DNA of 64,000 nt from contig JAVJSW010000035.1 of assembly GCA_040219255.1 (NCBI GenBank), forward strand, positions 1 to 64,000, written 5' to 3'. The DNA comes from Sumerlaeia bacterium (GTDB lineage Bacteria; Sumerlaeota; Sumerlaeia; SLMS01; JAHLLQ01). Under the pieces are notes generated by a model. The model was not told the DNA's origin. It searched no databases and worked only from the letters and a program-made list of their open reading frames with translations. Below are positions 9,953 through 20,261 of this stretch, one piece after another. The first letter of the stretch is position 1, and every line of letters begins with the position of its first letter. Position numbers and translations under genes: made by a program.

Positions 9953-10846
9953 ATGGGAATGATGACAACTTGGCAACGAAAGACATTGGCCGCCCTCTTC
10001 GCCTTCGCGCTTGCATCCCCTGCGGGGACGCTTTTGGCACAGGACGAGGTGACCGCGGAACCGGCGATGGAAACGGAAGCGCCCGCTGTGGAAGAGGCGG
10101 AGCCCGCTCCCCCGGCGCCCACGGCCGAAATCCCCGCGGATGCGGAAGACCCGGGGCGGATCGAGGCCACGGTGGAAGAAATCCGCGCGATGATCAATCT
10201 GCCGCGCTCGGCCCAACTCGGCCGCGAAGCGGACGAGGACCTCGGAAGCCCGCAGAATATCTTCGCCGACGAATCGAACCGCCGCCAGCTCCTGGGCGAA
10301 GAACCCCAGTTCGTGTACGTCCCCATGGGCACGGACCCGATGATTATCCCTTGGATCCGCGCCCGCATCATCACGCAGGAGCTTCTCGAGGAAGTCGCGA
10401 ACCTGGAAACGAAGGGTACGTTGGCGAGCCTGGAGCGCGCCCTGACCTTGACCGACCGGATTCTCGATGACTATTACGACGAGACGACCGCCCCGATGGT
10501 TGAAGAGCGTCAGGACGAGATTCGCGGAAAGATCGAGGAGATTCTCGCCTCACCCCCCGAAGAAGCGGTGGACCCGGAAACGGGCCAATTGATCGCCGCC
10601 CCCCGCGCCCAGGCCCCCGATTTCCCAGAGTGGGTGGAAATCAATACCTTGGGCGTGATCGTGGACGCGGAAGATCCGACCGACTCGATGGTGCTGATCG
10701 GCAACGACATTCAGCAAGCCGGCGAGACGGTGAAACTCTACCCGACCGTGATGATCAAGGAAATCCTTCCGGACGAGGTCATCTACTCGTTCGAAGATTT
10801 TGAATATGCCATTCCAATCAAGGGTGATGTAATCGCTGATTCCTAA
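9953..10846 (+). CDS. Exported acidic protein in the PilP position
   Basis: Signal peptide, DP motif and beta-rich C-terminus; lies between pilO and pilQ. Confidence 0.6.
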   Translation: MGMMTTWQRKTLAALFAFALASPAGTLLAQDEVTAEPAMETEAPAVEEAEPAPPAPTAEIPADAEDPGRIEATVEEIRAMINLPRSAQLGREADEDLGSPQNIFADESNRRQLLGEEPQFVYVPMGTDPMIIPWIRARIITQELLEEVANLETKGTLASLERALTLTDRILDDYYDETTAPMVEERQDEIRGKIEEILASPPEEAVDPETGQLIAAPRAQAPDFPEWVEINTLGVIVDAEDPTDSMVLIGNDIQQAGETVKLYPTVMIKEILPDEVIYSFEDFEYAIPIKGDVIADS

Positions 10847-10932
10847 TCAGTTGTTGCGCCACGCGAGTTTTGATCGAACCTCTACCGAGTGACTTGAAAT
10901 AGGCCGATAAACCCAAAGGAGCCAAATGATCC

Positions 10933-12969
10933 ATGCGAAAGGCTGCCCCCTACGTGAAAGCAGCGGGAGGTCTCGCTGGTCTCCTGATGGCCGCCAGCCT
11001 GTGGGCCGGACCCACCCTGAGCGACTGGGAGATCCGGAGCGGTAACGCTTCCGAGAGTCTCACCGTGCTCTGGAGCGAGCCAGGAGAGTACACCCTCGAG
11101 GAGTACCCTTCGGCCCGCCAGATTGTGCTGACCATCCCGGAAGCGGAACTTCCCCAGCGGGGGCTTCCCGAGCCCCAATCCTCCCCCGCGTTGAAATCCA
11201 CCAAGATCCAGCGGATCACCCTCGTCGACGGGCGCGAAGCCCTTCGCATGACGGTGACGTTCGATGGCTGGCGTACGGTGCGCACCCGCGCCACCGCGCA
11301 GGGCATCACGATGACCTATCCCGTTCTGGAAACCGCTTCCCCGGCGCCGCCGGCCCCTCAGGCCACCGGCGCGCAGGAGCCCATCTTGCTCTCGAACGCG
11401 GATATCGAGGCTCTCAAGGCTGACCGCTACGGCTCCTCCAAAGCTCCCCAATCCGGCGCGGGCCAGACCCTCGGCGCCGATGGCGCCGACGACGCCGCCG
11501 ACATCAACTCGCCTTTCTACATCCCTCCGGACCTGACGCGCGAAGAGAAAATGCAGCAGCGCCGCATGGACCTGGGCACCATGGCGACGGAAGAGGCTCT
11601 CTCCCGCCGCGTGGACCTGGAATTCCGTGATGCGGAACTGACCAATGTGATCCGTATCATCGCGGAAAAACTGCGCCTGAACATCATCCTGTCTCCCGAT
11701 CAGGTCGGCGGCCGGGTCACGCTCAAGCTGCGGGACGTCGAATTGCGCAACGCCCTGGAAGCGATCTTGAAAGCCAACGAACTGGCCTACAAGGTCGAGC
11801 CCGGCGGCATCGTCCGCATCGTCAGCCGCGACTCCGTCAAGGCCCGCGATGTGGAAACGGTGACCCAGTCGATCCCGATCAACTGGATCGACTCCGGCGA
11901 ACTGCTCTCCATCCTCGAACCGTTCCTCAGCTCCAACGGCGTGATCCAAGCCGCGGACAAGTCCAACATCATCATCGTGGAAGACGTGCCCGAAAAGGTC
12001 ACGGAAGTCCAGCGCCTCATCGAACGTCTCGACATCCCCGAGAAGCAGGTCCGTATGGAATTGCGCCTCGTGGACATGACCGAGACGGCGCGGCGGGCTC
12101 TCGGTTTCCGCACCAATCTGACCGAGCAAAGCGACAACATCGCTCTCGTTCCTCTCGAGTTCACCGATGGCGGACAGCAGGGCATCCCTGGCGACGTGGA
12201 GCCCGGCGACGAGTTCCTCATTCCCCAGGTGGTGTCCAGCATGGGCGCCCTCTCGGGGGGCAACGCGCTGACTGTCCAGCACCTCAACGATCTCTCGATC
12301 TTCGGTAACGAGTACCTGCTCGATGTCAGCCTGGACGCCCAGGAAGACCGCGGCGAAGCCCAGACATTGGCTTCTCCGACGATCCTGTCGCTGAACAACG
12401 TTCCGGCCCTCATCGAAATCAAGCGCCAGGTTCCTTACCTGGACGCTCGTAATACGACTCAGGGCTCGGTCGCCGAAGTCAAATTCGCCGGCATCGGAAC
12501 GCGTGTGGGTCTGACGCCCCAGATCACCAACAACGGCTATGTGCAGATGTTGGTCGATACGGAGCAGAAGATTCTGAACGGCTTCTCGACCCTGAGCGGC
12601 AACGGCAACGTGCCGGTGGTGGACGAACGCTTCGCCAACACGGCGGTGATCGTGAAGGACGAACAGGTCGTCGCTCTCGGTGGCTTGCGTCAGTTTGAAG
12701 CGAACAATTCGGAAACCGGCGTGCCGTGGCTCTTGCGCGTGCCGGTCATCAGTTGGGCGTTCAAGAATCAGGTTTCGGACCAGATCAAGACGGACCTGTT
12801 CCTGTTCATTCGCCCCAGCATCATCAAGGACCCGAACCCCTCGGCCCACGAGATGGCGATGTACGAGAAGATCGATTACAACTGGGATCTGCCGGATTAC
12901 TTCTTCGATCAGGAAACGCTGCGCGACTCGCCCGGCGAACTCGACGACCCCCGGGTGAAGTACTACTAA
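10933..12969 (+). CDS. pilQ: Secretin, PilQ-like
   Basis: Signal peptide; N0 domain (VDLEFRDAEL..VIR); LDIPEKQVRME; P.I..LNN.PA.I; LTPQI; GVPWL..VP...W.FK. Confidence 0.9.
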   Translation: MRKAAPYVKAAGGLAGLLMAASLWAGPTLSDWEIRSGNASESLTVLWSEPGEYTLEEYPSARQIVLTIPEAELPQRGLPEPQSSPALKSTKIQRITLVDGREALRMTVTFDGWRTVRTRATAQGITMTYPVLETASPAPPAPQATGAQEPILLSNADIEALKADRYGSSKAPQSGAGQTLGADGADDAADINSPFYIPPDLTREEKMQQRRMDLGTMATEEALSRRVDLEFRDAELTNVIRIIAEKLRLNIILSPDQVGGRVTLKLRDVELRNALEAILKANELAYKVEPGGIVRIVSRDSVKARDVETVTQSIPINWIDSGELLSILEPFLSSNGVIQAADKSNIIIVEDVPEKVTEVQRLIERLDIPEKQVRMELRLVDMTETARRALGFRTNLTEQSDNIALVPLEFTDGGQQGIPGDVEPGDEFLIPQVVSSMGALSGGNALTVQHLNDLSIFGNEYLLDVSLDAQEDRGEAQTLASPTILSLNNVPALIEIKRQVPYLDARNTTQGSVAEVKFAGIGTRVGLTPQITNNGYVQMLVDTEQKILNGFSTLSGNGNVPVVDERFANTAVIVKDEQVVALGGLRQFEANNSETGVPWLLRVPVISWAFKNQVSDQIKTDLFLFIRPSIIKDPNPSAHEMAMYEKIDYNWDLPDYFFDQETLRDSPGELDDPRVKYY

Positions 12970-13003
12970 ACCCGTCCGCATCTCCGGCGAATTTCTCCAA
13001 GGT

Positions 13004-13036
13004 TGCCTCCCCGTTCCGCGGGGAGGCATTTCTTTT
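13004..13036 (+). terminator. Intrinsic terminator after pilQ
   Basis: TGCCTCCCCG/CGGGGAGGCA stem followed by TTTCTTTT. Confidence 0.75.
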
Positions 13037-13073
13037 GCCTCGAACTTCCGATCCTCCGAGTTGCCACCGCTCT

Positions 13074-13946
13074 ATGACCATGACTCGACCTTCCCACCCA
13101 TCTGGCCTCTCCAGCCATCCCTGGCGGCGGTCTCCACTGCTCGCTGGCGCGGTCTGGATTGTCTCCTGGGCCGCCACGGGGTTTGTCTTCGGGCCGGCTT
13201 TGGGGGAATTCTGGCTCGTTCATTTGCCCGAATTCGCATACTACTTCGTGGCCTTTTTGCCTTTGCTGATATTGATGGTCACCAGCCTGTGGGTGATGCG
13301 GACTTTGGCCGAGCTGCCGGCCGGGCGGAGATTGTTGCTACTGCTCGGGTTGGGTGCGGGTGCGGCGCTTTCCGCGGCCATCTGGTTCCTGCCGCCGGAA
13401 CTGCGTCTGGATGTGCAGGGGCCCCTTCTGCTGACGATGGGGATGGCGCTGGGTCTGGGATTGTCCCGGACTTTCCGCGAACGCGAGTGGATCTTCCCCA
13501 TTCTGGTCATCTTCGTCGCTGTCGACGCCTACAGCGTGCTGGCGGGCCCGACCAAGAAGACGCTGGAATCGGAGCAGGGCCAGCAGGTGGCCGAGTTGGT
13601 GATGGTCAGCTACCCGTCGGCGGGGGCGGGCGCGGGGGCGTTGGGTTCGGTGGCTTACTTCGGCCTTCCCGACGCGATCGTGATGGCGTTGTTCATCGGC
13701 TTGTCGGCGAAGTTCGGTCTCTCGATGGGGCGAACGATCGGGTCGCAGCTGGCTGGCATGCTGATCGCTCTGATGCTGGCGGGGCTGATGGGAGCGGGGG
13801 TCCCGGCGCTTCCCTACTTGTGCGGAGCGTTCGCCATTGTCCATCTTCGTTCGATCAAGACCGACCGAAAGACCGGCCGGACTCTAATTGTCTTCTTGAC
13901 CGGGTTGGCGGTGGCGCTGGCGGTGCTGCATGGCGCCCTTCACTGA
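13074..13946 (+). CDS. Multi-pass membrane protein, presenilin/SPP-like aspartic protease motifs
   Basis: Membrane-embedded D (VAVDAYSV..GPT), FGLPD (GxGD-like) and PALP motifs in A22-like order. Confidence 0.6.
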   Translation: MTMTRPSHPSGLSSHPWRRSPLLAGAVWIVSWAATGFVFGPALGEFWLVHLPEFAYYFVAFLPLLILMVTSLWVMRTLAELPAGRRLLLLLGLGAGAALSAAIWFLPPELRLDVQGPLLLTMGMALGLGLSRTFREREWIFPILVIFVAVDAYSVLAGPTKKTLESEQGQQVAELVMVSYPSAGAGAGALGSVAYFGLPDAIVMALFIGLSAKFGLSMGRTIGSQLAGMLIALMLAGLMGAGVPALPYLCGAFAIVHLRSIKTDRKTGRTLIVFLTGLAVALAVLHGALH

Positions 13947-14071
13947 TTGTCCTAGGGCGCTTTAGGGATTGACCACACCCGCGGCGCCCCCGGTAGCGTT
14001 GCCTTTTGTGCGGGCGAGGCTGCTTTGAGCCTCCAGTTCCCCCCACCGATCAGCGAGAGGCTTTGTTTTTG

Positions 14072-14596
14072 ATGGATGAACAGCGCGAACCGGCCGCCGA
14101 ATTCGAAGGCACCGGGAAACTGAGCAAGGACGACATCAAGGATCTGATCGAACTCGTGAGCGAGCGCGGGCTCGAGGAACTCGAGTACAAGACGGGAGAA
14201 TTCCGCATCCGGATCGTGGGCCGTCGCTCCTATCCTCCGGCCGCCCCGGCTCCCGCCGCCGCGCCCCAGCCCCATGCCGCGCTGCCGCCGGCCGAGGCTC
14301 CCGCCGCGTTGCCTTCCGCGGCGCCGGCCGCCCCCGCCCCTGATGACGAGGCCCGCTTCAAGAAGGTGACGTCGCCGATGATCGGCACCTTCTATCGCGC
14401 GCCGTCGCCCGACTCGCCTTCCTTTGTCGAAGTCGGCGACCGTGTGGACGACGAGTCGGTTCTGTGCATCATCGAAGCCATGAAGCTGATGAATGAAATC
14501 AAAGCCGAGATGCGCGGCACGGTGCGCAAGGTTCTCGTCGAAAACGGTCAACCGGTCGAGTACGGCCAGCCCATGTTCCTGATCGAGCCGAACTGA
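14072..14596 (+). CDS. accB: Biotin carboxyl carrier protein
   Basis: Pro/Ala linker, [21 protein letters not shown] biotinylation motif. Confidence 0.96.
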   Translation: MDEQREPAAEFEGTGKLSKDDIKDLIELVSERGLEELEYKTGEFRIRIVGRRSYPPAAPAPAAAPQPHAALPPAEAPAALPSAAPAAPAPDDEARFKKVTSPMIGTFYRAPSPDSPSFVEVGDRVDDESVLCIIEAMKLMNEIKAEMRGTVRKVLVENGQPVEYGQPMFLIEPN

Positions 14597-14613
14597 GGAC
14601 TCCTTACCCGCTG

Positions 14614-15966
14614 ATGTTTCGTAAAGTCTTAATCGCAAATCGTGGCGAAATCGCCGTGCGGATCATTCGCGCCTGCCGCGAAATGGGCATCAAGAGCGTG
14701 GCCGTCTATAGCGAGGCGGACCGCGACAGCCTGCACGTGCACATGGCCGACGAGGCTCTTTGTATCGGTCCACCTCCCGGCTCCGAGTCCTATCTGAACG
14801 TCGCCCGCATCATCAGCGCCGCGGAAGTCACCGACGCCGACGCCATCCACCCGGGCTATGGGTTTCTGGCGGAGAACGCGGACTTCGCGGAAATCTGCGC
14901 CGAGTGCAACATCACCTTTATCGGCCCCAGCCCGGAAGCCATCCGCATGATGGGCGACAAAGGCGTCGCCAAGCAAACCGCCAGCAAGTCGAACTGCCCG
15001 ACGGTGCCAGGCAGCGACGGGGCCATCGGCGACCGCAAGAAGGCGCGCAAACTGGCCAACGAAATCGGCTTCCCCGTGATGATCAAGGCCGTGGCCGGCG
15101 GCGGCGGGCGCGGAATGCGCTTCGTCCCGTCGGACGCGGAATTCGACAAGCTGTTCGATACCGCCCGCGCGGAAGCGGGCGCGGCCTTCGGCAACGCCTC
15201 CGTTTACATCGAAAAAGCCATCATCGAACCCAAGCACATCGAGGTCCAGATCCTGGCCGACGGCCACGGCAACGTGGCGCACCTGGGCGAGCGCGATTGC
15301 TCGGTGCAGCGCCGGCACCAGAAACTGCTGGAGGAAGCCCCCAGCGCCGTTGTGGACGAGGACCTGCGCATCGCCATGGGCGAGGCGGCGGTGAGCTTGG
15401 CCAGAGGCGTGAACTATCAGGGGGCGGGGACCATCGAGTACCTGCTCGACAAGGAGCGGAAGAACTTCTACTTCATCGAAATGAACACCCGCGTTCAGGT
15501 CGAGCACCCCGTGACCGAGTTGGTGACGGACATCGACATTGTGAAGGAACAGATCGCGGTGGCGGCGGGGGAGACGCTCTCGTTCCGCCAGAGCGATGTA
15601 CGAATCCACGGCCACAGCATCGAGTGCCGCGTGAACGCCGAGGACCCGGCGCGCAACTTCATGCCGAGCCCCGGCAAGCTGATCGACTATGTGCCCGCCG
15701 GTGGCCCCGGCGTGCGAGTGGACAGCGCCTGCTATCCGGGCTATACGATTCCGCCGTTCTACGATTCGATGGTGGCGAAGTTGATCGTGCACGACAAGAA
15801 CCGCGACATGGCCATCGCCCGCATGCAGCGTGCCCTGGACGAGTTCGTGGTCGAAGGTATCAAGACCACGATTCCGTTCTTCAAGGATCTGCTGAAAACC
15901 GACCTGTTCCGCAGCGGCGACTTCGGCACGAACTTCCTGGATTTGTGGAAGTGGAATCCGAAGTGA
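14614..15966 (+). CDS. accC: Biotin carboxylase
   Basis: [60 protein letters not shown]. Confidence 0.97.
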   Translation: MFRKVLIANRGEIAVRIIRACREMGIKSVAVYSEADRDSLHVHMADEALCIGPPPGSESYLNVARIISAAEVTDADAIHPGYGFLAENADFAEICAECNITFIGPSPEAIRMMGDKGVAKQTASKSNCPTVPGSDGAIGDRKKARKLANEIGFPVMIKAVAGGGGRGMRFVPSDAEFDKLFDTARAEAGAAFGNASVYIEKAIIEPKHIEVQILADGHGNVAHLGERDCSVQRRHQKLLEEAPSAVVDEDLRIAMGEAAVSLARGVNYQGAGTIEYLLDKERKNFYFIEMNTRVQVEHPVTELVTDIDIVKEQIAVAAGETLSFRQSDVRIHGHSIECRVNAEDPARNFMPSPGKLIDYVPAGGPGVRVDSACYPGYTIPPFYDSMVAKLIVHDKNRDMAIARMQRALDEFVVEGIKTTIPFFKDLLKTDLFRSGDFGTNFLDLWKWNPK

Positions 15967-15971
15967 TTTTT

Positions 15972-16141
15972 ACCACGGAGACGCGGAGGCACGGAGAATT
16001 GGGATGAGGTCAAATTGGCGAAGACATGCCTTGCTGAAGTTCCTAAACTTTTAGGAACTTCAGCGAAATATTCGAGAGCTTCTCAAGAAGCTTCTCCCCT
16101 TCTTCGCCAACCACGTCTTCGTGTCTCCGTGCCTCCGTGGT
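15972..16141 (+). mobile_element. Gene-less inverted-repeat element, family B (MITE/REPIN-like)
   Basis: Left arm ACCACGGAGACGCGGAGGCACGGAGA (25/26 identical to 25546-25571); right arm TCTTCGTGTCTCCGTGCCTCCGTGGT; internal perfect palindrome at 16033-16064. Confidence 0.8.
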
Positions 16142-16223
16142 GAACCCTCCAGAAACCCTTGGCTTTCCGGCCACGCACCGTTAACCTTCGAACTTTCCGC
16201 CATCATTCCTCCCGGAGGCGCCC

Positions 16224-16781
16224 ATGGAACCCATGACCACTGTTCACGATGAAGATCAGGACGATGCCTATGGCACGCCGTTCGACACGCAGTACATCAT
16301 CGAGCAGGAAGGCCGCATCGAAGTCGGCGACGATGTGATCGCGCGGATCGCGGGCATCGCCTCGACCGAGGTGACGGGCGTGACGCTCGACAGTAAGTTC
16401 TCGCTGGCGGACCTGATCGGCCGCAAAGGCGAGCCGGTCAAGGGCATCGTGGTCGAACGCATCCCGGAAGAAAACGCCGTCCACATCCACTGCACGGTGC
16501 GCATCGAATACGGGCAAGACATGTACGAAACGGCCGTCCGGTTCCGCCACCATATCCGCAGCACCATCGAGAAGATGACCCGCCTGATCGTGAAGGGCGT
16601 GGACATCAAGATCGTGGGCATCACGCTGGCGGAGAAGGAAGAGCGGCTGGAGAAGGTTTCCACCGACAAACGATTGGAAGCGGACAAGAAACCGGAAGCC
16701 CTGCTCGGCCCTGTCCAGGCCGCGACGCCGGAGACGGAATCGGCCGTGGAAGATGATGTCGACGAAAAGCCGGAAAAGTAA
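16224..16781 (+). CDS. Asp23/Gls24 family envelope-stress protein
   Basis: G.IEV.DDVIARIAGIA..EV.GV, KGI.V, EYG, IEKMT.L.V..VDI.I.G; typical position after accBC. Confidence 0.88.
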   Translation: MEPMTTVHDEDQDDAYGTPFDTQYIIEQEGRIEVGDDVIARIAGIASTEVTGVTLDSKFSLADLIGRKGEPVKGIVVERIPEENAVHIHCTVRIEYGQDMYETAVRFRHHIRSTIEKMTRLIVKGVDIKIVGITLAEKEERLEKVSTDKRLEADKKPEALLGPVQAATPETESAVEDDVDEKPEK

Positions 16782-16791
16782 CGGCCACGGC

Positions 16792-17307
16792 GTGGGTACC
16801 GAGCATAAGTTTCTGAGCGATTACAACGCCGCCCGGGCCTGGGCAGGCGACCGCCGGGCCGGCGGCCAGCGCGTCGTTTTCACCAATGGCGTGTTCGATT
16901 TGCTGCACAATGGGCATCTGGATTCGTTGCGGCGGGCGCGGGCCGAGGGCGATTGGCTGATTGTGGCGCTGAACAGCGACGCGGCGGTGAAGCGCCTGAA
17001 GGGCGAGGGCCGGCCGGTTCTCGCGGAGGGGCAGCGGGCGCGGCTGCTGGGGGCGCTGGATTGCGTGGACGCGGTGGTGCTGTTTCACGAGGACACGCCT
17101 CGGGAAATCATCGAAGCGGTGGAGCCGGATGTGCTGGTCAAAGGCGGGCATTATACGATCCCGGAAATCGTGGGGCACGATTTTGTGCTTGAACGCGGGG
17201 GCCGAGTGCTGAGTCTTCCCCTGCTGCCGGGCTATTCGACGACGGATTTGGTGGCGCGGATCAAAGAACGCTTCGCCCCGGAATCCGTTGCCCCGCCCAC
17301 GGCCTGA
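16792..17307 (+). CDS. rfaE2: D-glycero-beta-D-manno-heptose 1-phosphate adenylyltransferase (RfaE domain II)
   Basis: VFTNGVFDLLHNGH, LNSD..V.RLKG..RP, F.EDTP, LVKGG.Y, YSTT. Confidence 0.92.
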   Translation: MGTEHKFLSDYNAARAWAGDRRAGGQRVVFTNGVFDLLHNGHLDSLRRARAEGDWLIVALNSDAAVKRLKGEGRPVLAEGQRARLLGALDCVDAVVLFHEDTPREIIEAVEPDVLVKGGHYTIPEIVGHDFVLERGGRVLSLPLLPGYSTTDLVARIKERFAPESVAPPTA

Positions 17308-17347
17308 CGCATTAGATTTTCCAAAACCTCTGGAAGGACCCCCTGCC

Positions 17348-17575
17348 ATGGCAGACGACGCCTCGATGGCTTTCCCCGATATTCAAAAGGACGCCCAGGT
17401 TCACCATCCGACTTTCGGGATGGGCAAGGTGCTGCAACGCACGGGCAAGGATGAGAAGACGGCCAAGGCCATCATCAAGTTCCGCGAGGAGGGCGAGAAG
17501 AAACTGGCTCTGCAGTTCGCCGACCTGACGGTGGACAAGGTGGACGAGGACGAGGCGGAAGGCGCGGCGCAGTAA
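17348..17575 (+). CDS. Small stand-alone PcrA/UvrD C-terminal Tudor-like protein
   Basis: VHHPTFGMGKV...IKF...GEKKL...FA.L matches the UvrD/PcrA CTD pattern; stop overlaps the gatC start. Confidence 0.7.
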   Translation: MADDASMAFPDIQKDAQVHHPTFGMGKVLQRTGKDEKTAKAIIKFREEGEKKLALQFADLTVDKVDEDEAEGAAQ

Positions 17576-17880
17576 TGGAGAAACTCGATCGCGTCGAAGC
17601 CATCGACAAAGACCGCGTGGCCCACGTGGCACTGCTGTCGCGCCTGGCGCTGACGGACGAGGAAATCGAGCAGTTCGCCGGTGAGTTGACAAAAGTCGTC
17701 GGTCACCTGAACAAGCTGGCCGAACTCGACCTCGACGATGTGCCGATGACGAGCCACGCCATCCCCATGAGCAACGTCTTCCGCCCCGACGCCGCCCGCC
17801 CCGGGCTGCCAACCGCGGAAGCTCTGGCCAACGCGCCGGAGCAAGAGGACGACTGTTTCAAGGTTCCTCAGATTATTTAG
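17575..17880 (+). CDS. gatC: Glu/Asp-tRNA amidotransferase subunit C
   Basis: VAHVALLSRLAL, L.ELD...V, NVFR.D, LANAP....FKVP.II. Confidence 0.93.
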   Translation: MEKLDRVEAIDKDRVAHVALLSRLALTDEEIEQFAGELTKVVGHLNKLAELDLDDVPMTSHAIPMSNVFRPDAARPGLPTAEALANAPEQEDDCFKVPQII

Positions 17881-17908
17881 TTCGGTACAAAATCCGAAGG
17901 AATTCCCC

Positions 17909-19387
17909 ATGTCTTTGAAAACCGCACGCGATCTGGCCGCTGCTTTGGCGGCGGGCGAGACAACGTCCCGCGAGGTGACGGAGAAGTATCTCGCCGCCAT
18001 CGAATCGCTCAATCCGACGTTGAACGCGTACATCACCACGCTGGCCGACGAGGCTTTGGCGGCGGCGGAGGCCAGCGATGGGCGCCGCAAGACGGGGCAG
18101 ACGCTGTCGCCCCTGGACGGTGTGCCGATCGCTATCAAGGACAACATCTGCACCCGGGGCGTGAAGACGACCTGCGCGAGCAAAATGCTCGAGGAGTTCC
18201 GCCCGCCCTATAACGCCACGGTGGTGACGAAGCTCGAAGCCTCTGGCCTCATCAACCTCGGCAAGGTCAACATGGACGAGTTCGCGATGGGCTCCTCGAC
18301 CGAGCACAGCCACGTGGGGCCTTCGCGGAATCCGTGGAATCCGAATTTTGTGCCGGGCGGTTCGTCCGGTGGTTCGGCGGTTGCGGTGGCAGCCGGCATG
18401 GCGCCCTGGAGCCTGGGCAGCGACACCGGCGGTTCGATCCGCCAGCCCGCTTCGTTCTGCGGCATCGTCGGGCTCAAGCCCACCTATGGCCGGGTAAGCC
18501 GCTACGGCCTGGTGGCATTCGCGTCGTCGCTGGATCAGATTGGGCCGCTGAGCGTGGATGTGCAGGACGCGGCGCTGCTGCTGGAAGTGATCGCCGGCCA
18601 CGACGACCGCGATTCCACCAGCAGTTCGCAGCCCACGGAGAAATACACCGAAGCGCTGGTGGGCGCCAAGGCGCTGGACGGTCTGAAGGTTGCCCGGCCG
18701 GTGGAGTTTTTCGAGACCGAAGGCATCGACCCGGAAGTCTCCGCCGCGTGCGAGAAGGCGCTGCAGACCATGAAGGACGCCGGGGCGACCATCGTGGACG
18801 TGAAAATGCCCCACGCCGAGGAGTACTCCGTTTCGACCTACTACGTTCTGGCGACGGCGGAAGCGTCGTCGAACCTGGCGCGGTACGATGGCGCGCACTA
18901 CGGCTATCGGGAACCGGGGACGCAGAACATCGTCGAAATGTTCTCGAAAACGCGGGCCGCGGGTTTTGGCGCCGAGGTCAAGCGCCGCATCATGCTCGGC
19001 ACGTTCGTGCTCTCGGCGGAGACCTTCGATGCCTACTACCGCCGCGCGGCGAAGGCCCGGACGCTGATCCAGAAGGATTACGCGGAGGCTTTGGAGAAGG
19101 CGGACGTGATTTTCGCGCCAACGGCTCCGAGCCCGGCCTTCAAGTTCGGCGATAAGACGGCCGATCCGCTGACGATGTATCTGTCGGATATCTTCACGCT
19201 GTCGCTGAATCTGGCGGGGTACTGCGGTATTTCGCTGCCGATTGGGCATTCGGAGGGGGGGCTGCCGATCGGAGCTCAGCTCTTTGGCGGCGCGTTCCAG
19301 GAATCGAAATTGCTGGCCTCCGCCCATGGGCTGGAAGAAGCCCTCGGCATCGCCAACCGGCGTGCCGCCACCCTCGCCGCCGTCTGA
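17909..19387 (+). CDS. gatA: Glu/Asp-tRNA amidotransferase subunit A
   Basis: KDNI, NMDEFAMGSSTE, GGSSGGSA, GSDTGGSIRQPA, SSNLARYDG, EVKRRIMLG. Confidence 0.97.
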   Translation: MSLKTARDLAAALAAGETTSREVTEKYLAAIESLNPTLNAYITTLADEALAAAEASDGRRKTGQTLSPLDGVPIAIKDNICTRGVKTTCASKMLEEFRPPYNATVVTKLEASGLINLGKVNMDEFAMGSSTEHSHVGPSRNPWNPNFVPGGSSGGSAVAVAAGMAPWSLGSDTGGSIRQPASFCGIVGLKPTYGRVSRYGLVAFASSLDQIGPLSVDVQDAALLLEVIAGHDDRDSTSSSQPTEKYTEALVGAKALDGLKVARPVEFFETEGIDPEVSAACEKALQTMKDAGATIVDVKMPHAEEYSVSTYYVLATAEASSNLARYDGAHYGYREPGTQNIVEMFSKTRAAGFGAEVKRRIMLGTFVLSAETFDAYYRRAAKARTLIQKDYAEALEKADVIFAPTAPSPAFKFGDKTADPLTMYLSDIFTLSLNLAGYCGISLPIGHSEGGLPIGAQLFGGAFQESKLLASAHGLEEALGIANRRAATLAAV

Positions 19388-19396
19388 TTTCGCTTC

Positions 19397-20212
19397 GTGG
19401 CTATTTACTATTACGTCAATCTGAATTGTCCGCCGCGTGAGCAACTCGGCGAGGAACCGCTCTTCGAAGGGGTTCGTGCCGCCGTGATGGCGCGGGAAAT
19501 CCGCGCGTCCTTTGTGGCCAAGTACGGCCCCGATGTGAAGCCGGAGCAGATGCGCTACCGCCAGCGCTTCACCACGCCCACCGGCGAAGAAGAATCCCGA
19601 GAACGGACCGTCGCCGACTTGCAGGACGACGCCGCCCTTCTCGAACCCCTCGCTCCTCATTGCAGCGGCTGTCTCGCCAGTATCACCGGCCACGCCTACG
19701 GCTGCTTCGGTTCGGTGTCGCTGCCGATTTCCGAGAAGGCCGAGCGGTGGCTGCTCTCGCGCATTCCCAAGCCGGGAACCAAGGCCGGAGAGTTCTATCG
19801 CGAAACCGCCATGGAGCGCTATGGCGGGCATGAAAACCTCGCCAACTGGCGCAAGGCGACGTTCCTCGAGTCGCCCAAACGCCTCGCCCGTCACGACATG
19901 GGCGATGGCGATCCGGTGACCAGCGATCAGTTGCTCCACGCCATGTTCCTGGTGGGCGACATCGCGCCCGCCCACGCCCTGGCGCTGCTGCTGTTCACCC
20001 AGGCCATCGTGGCCGACGACAACTCGACGGACAAGGCGCTGGAGGTCATCGAGCAGGTCGAGGCCACCGGTTCCAACACCGGCGTCTCCCAACTCGGTTT
20101 CTCTCTCATACCGGAAGAGGACGACGACCGTTCGATCCTGGACTTGAAGCTGTTCCTGGCGGGATGCTTCCGGGCGTTTTCCTTCGAGGTTCCGCTGGCG
20201 GTCTGGCTGTGA
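19397..20212 (+). CDS. Hypothetical protein with Cys cluster (C..CxxC..C)
   Basis: 271-aa ORF 9 nt after gatA with host-like codon usage; no family recognised. Confidence 0.7.
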   Translation: MAIYYYVNLNCPPREQLGEEPLFEGVRAAVMAREIRASFVAKYGPDVKPEQMRYRQRFTTPTGEEESRERTVADLQDDAALLEPLAPHCSGCLASITGHAYGCFGSVSLPISEKAERWLLSRIPKPGTKAGEFYRETAMERYGGHENLANWRKATFLESPKRLARHDMGDGDPVTSDQLLHAMFLVGDIAPAHALALLLFTQAIVADDNSTDKALEVIEQVEATGSNTGVSQLGFSLIPEEDDDRSILDLKLFLAGCFRAFSFEVPLAVWL

Positions 20213-20261
20213 TTGATGAGTGCGGATCGGCGGGGGGGCGTTCCTGGTCCTTAAGGAAATC

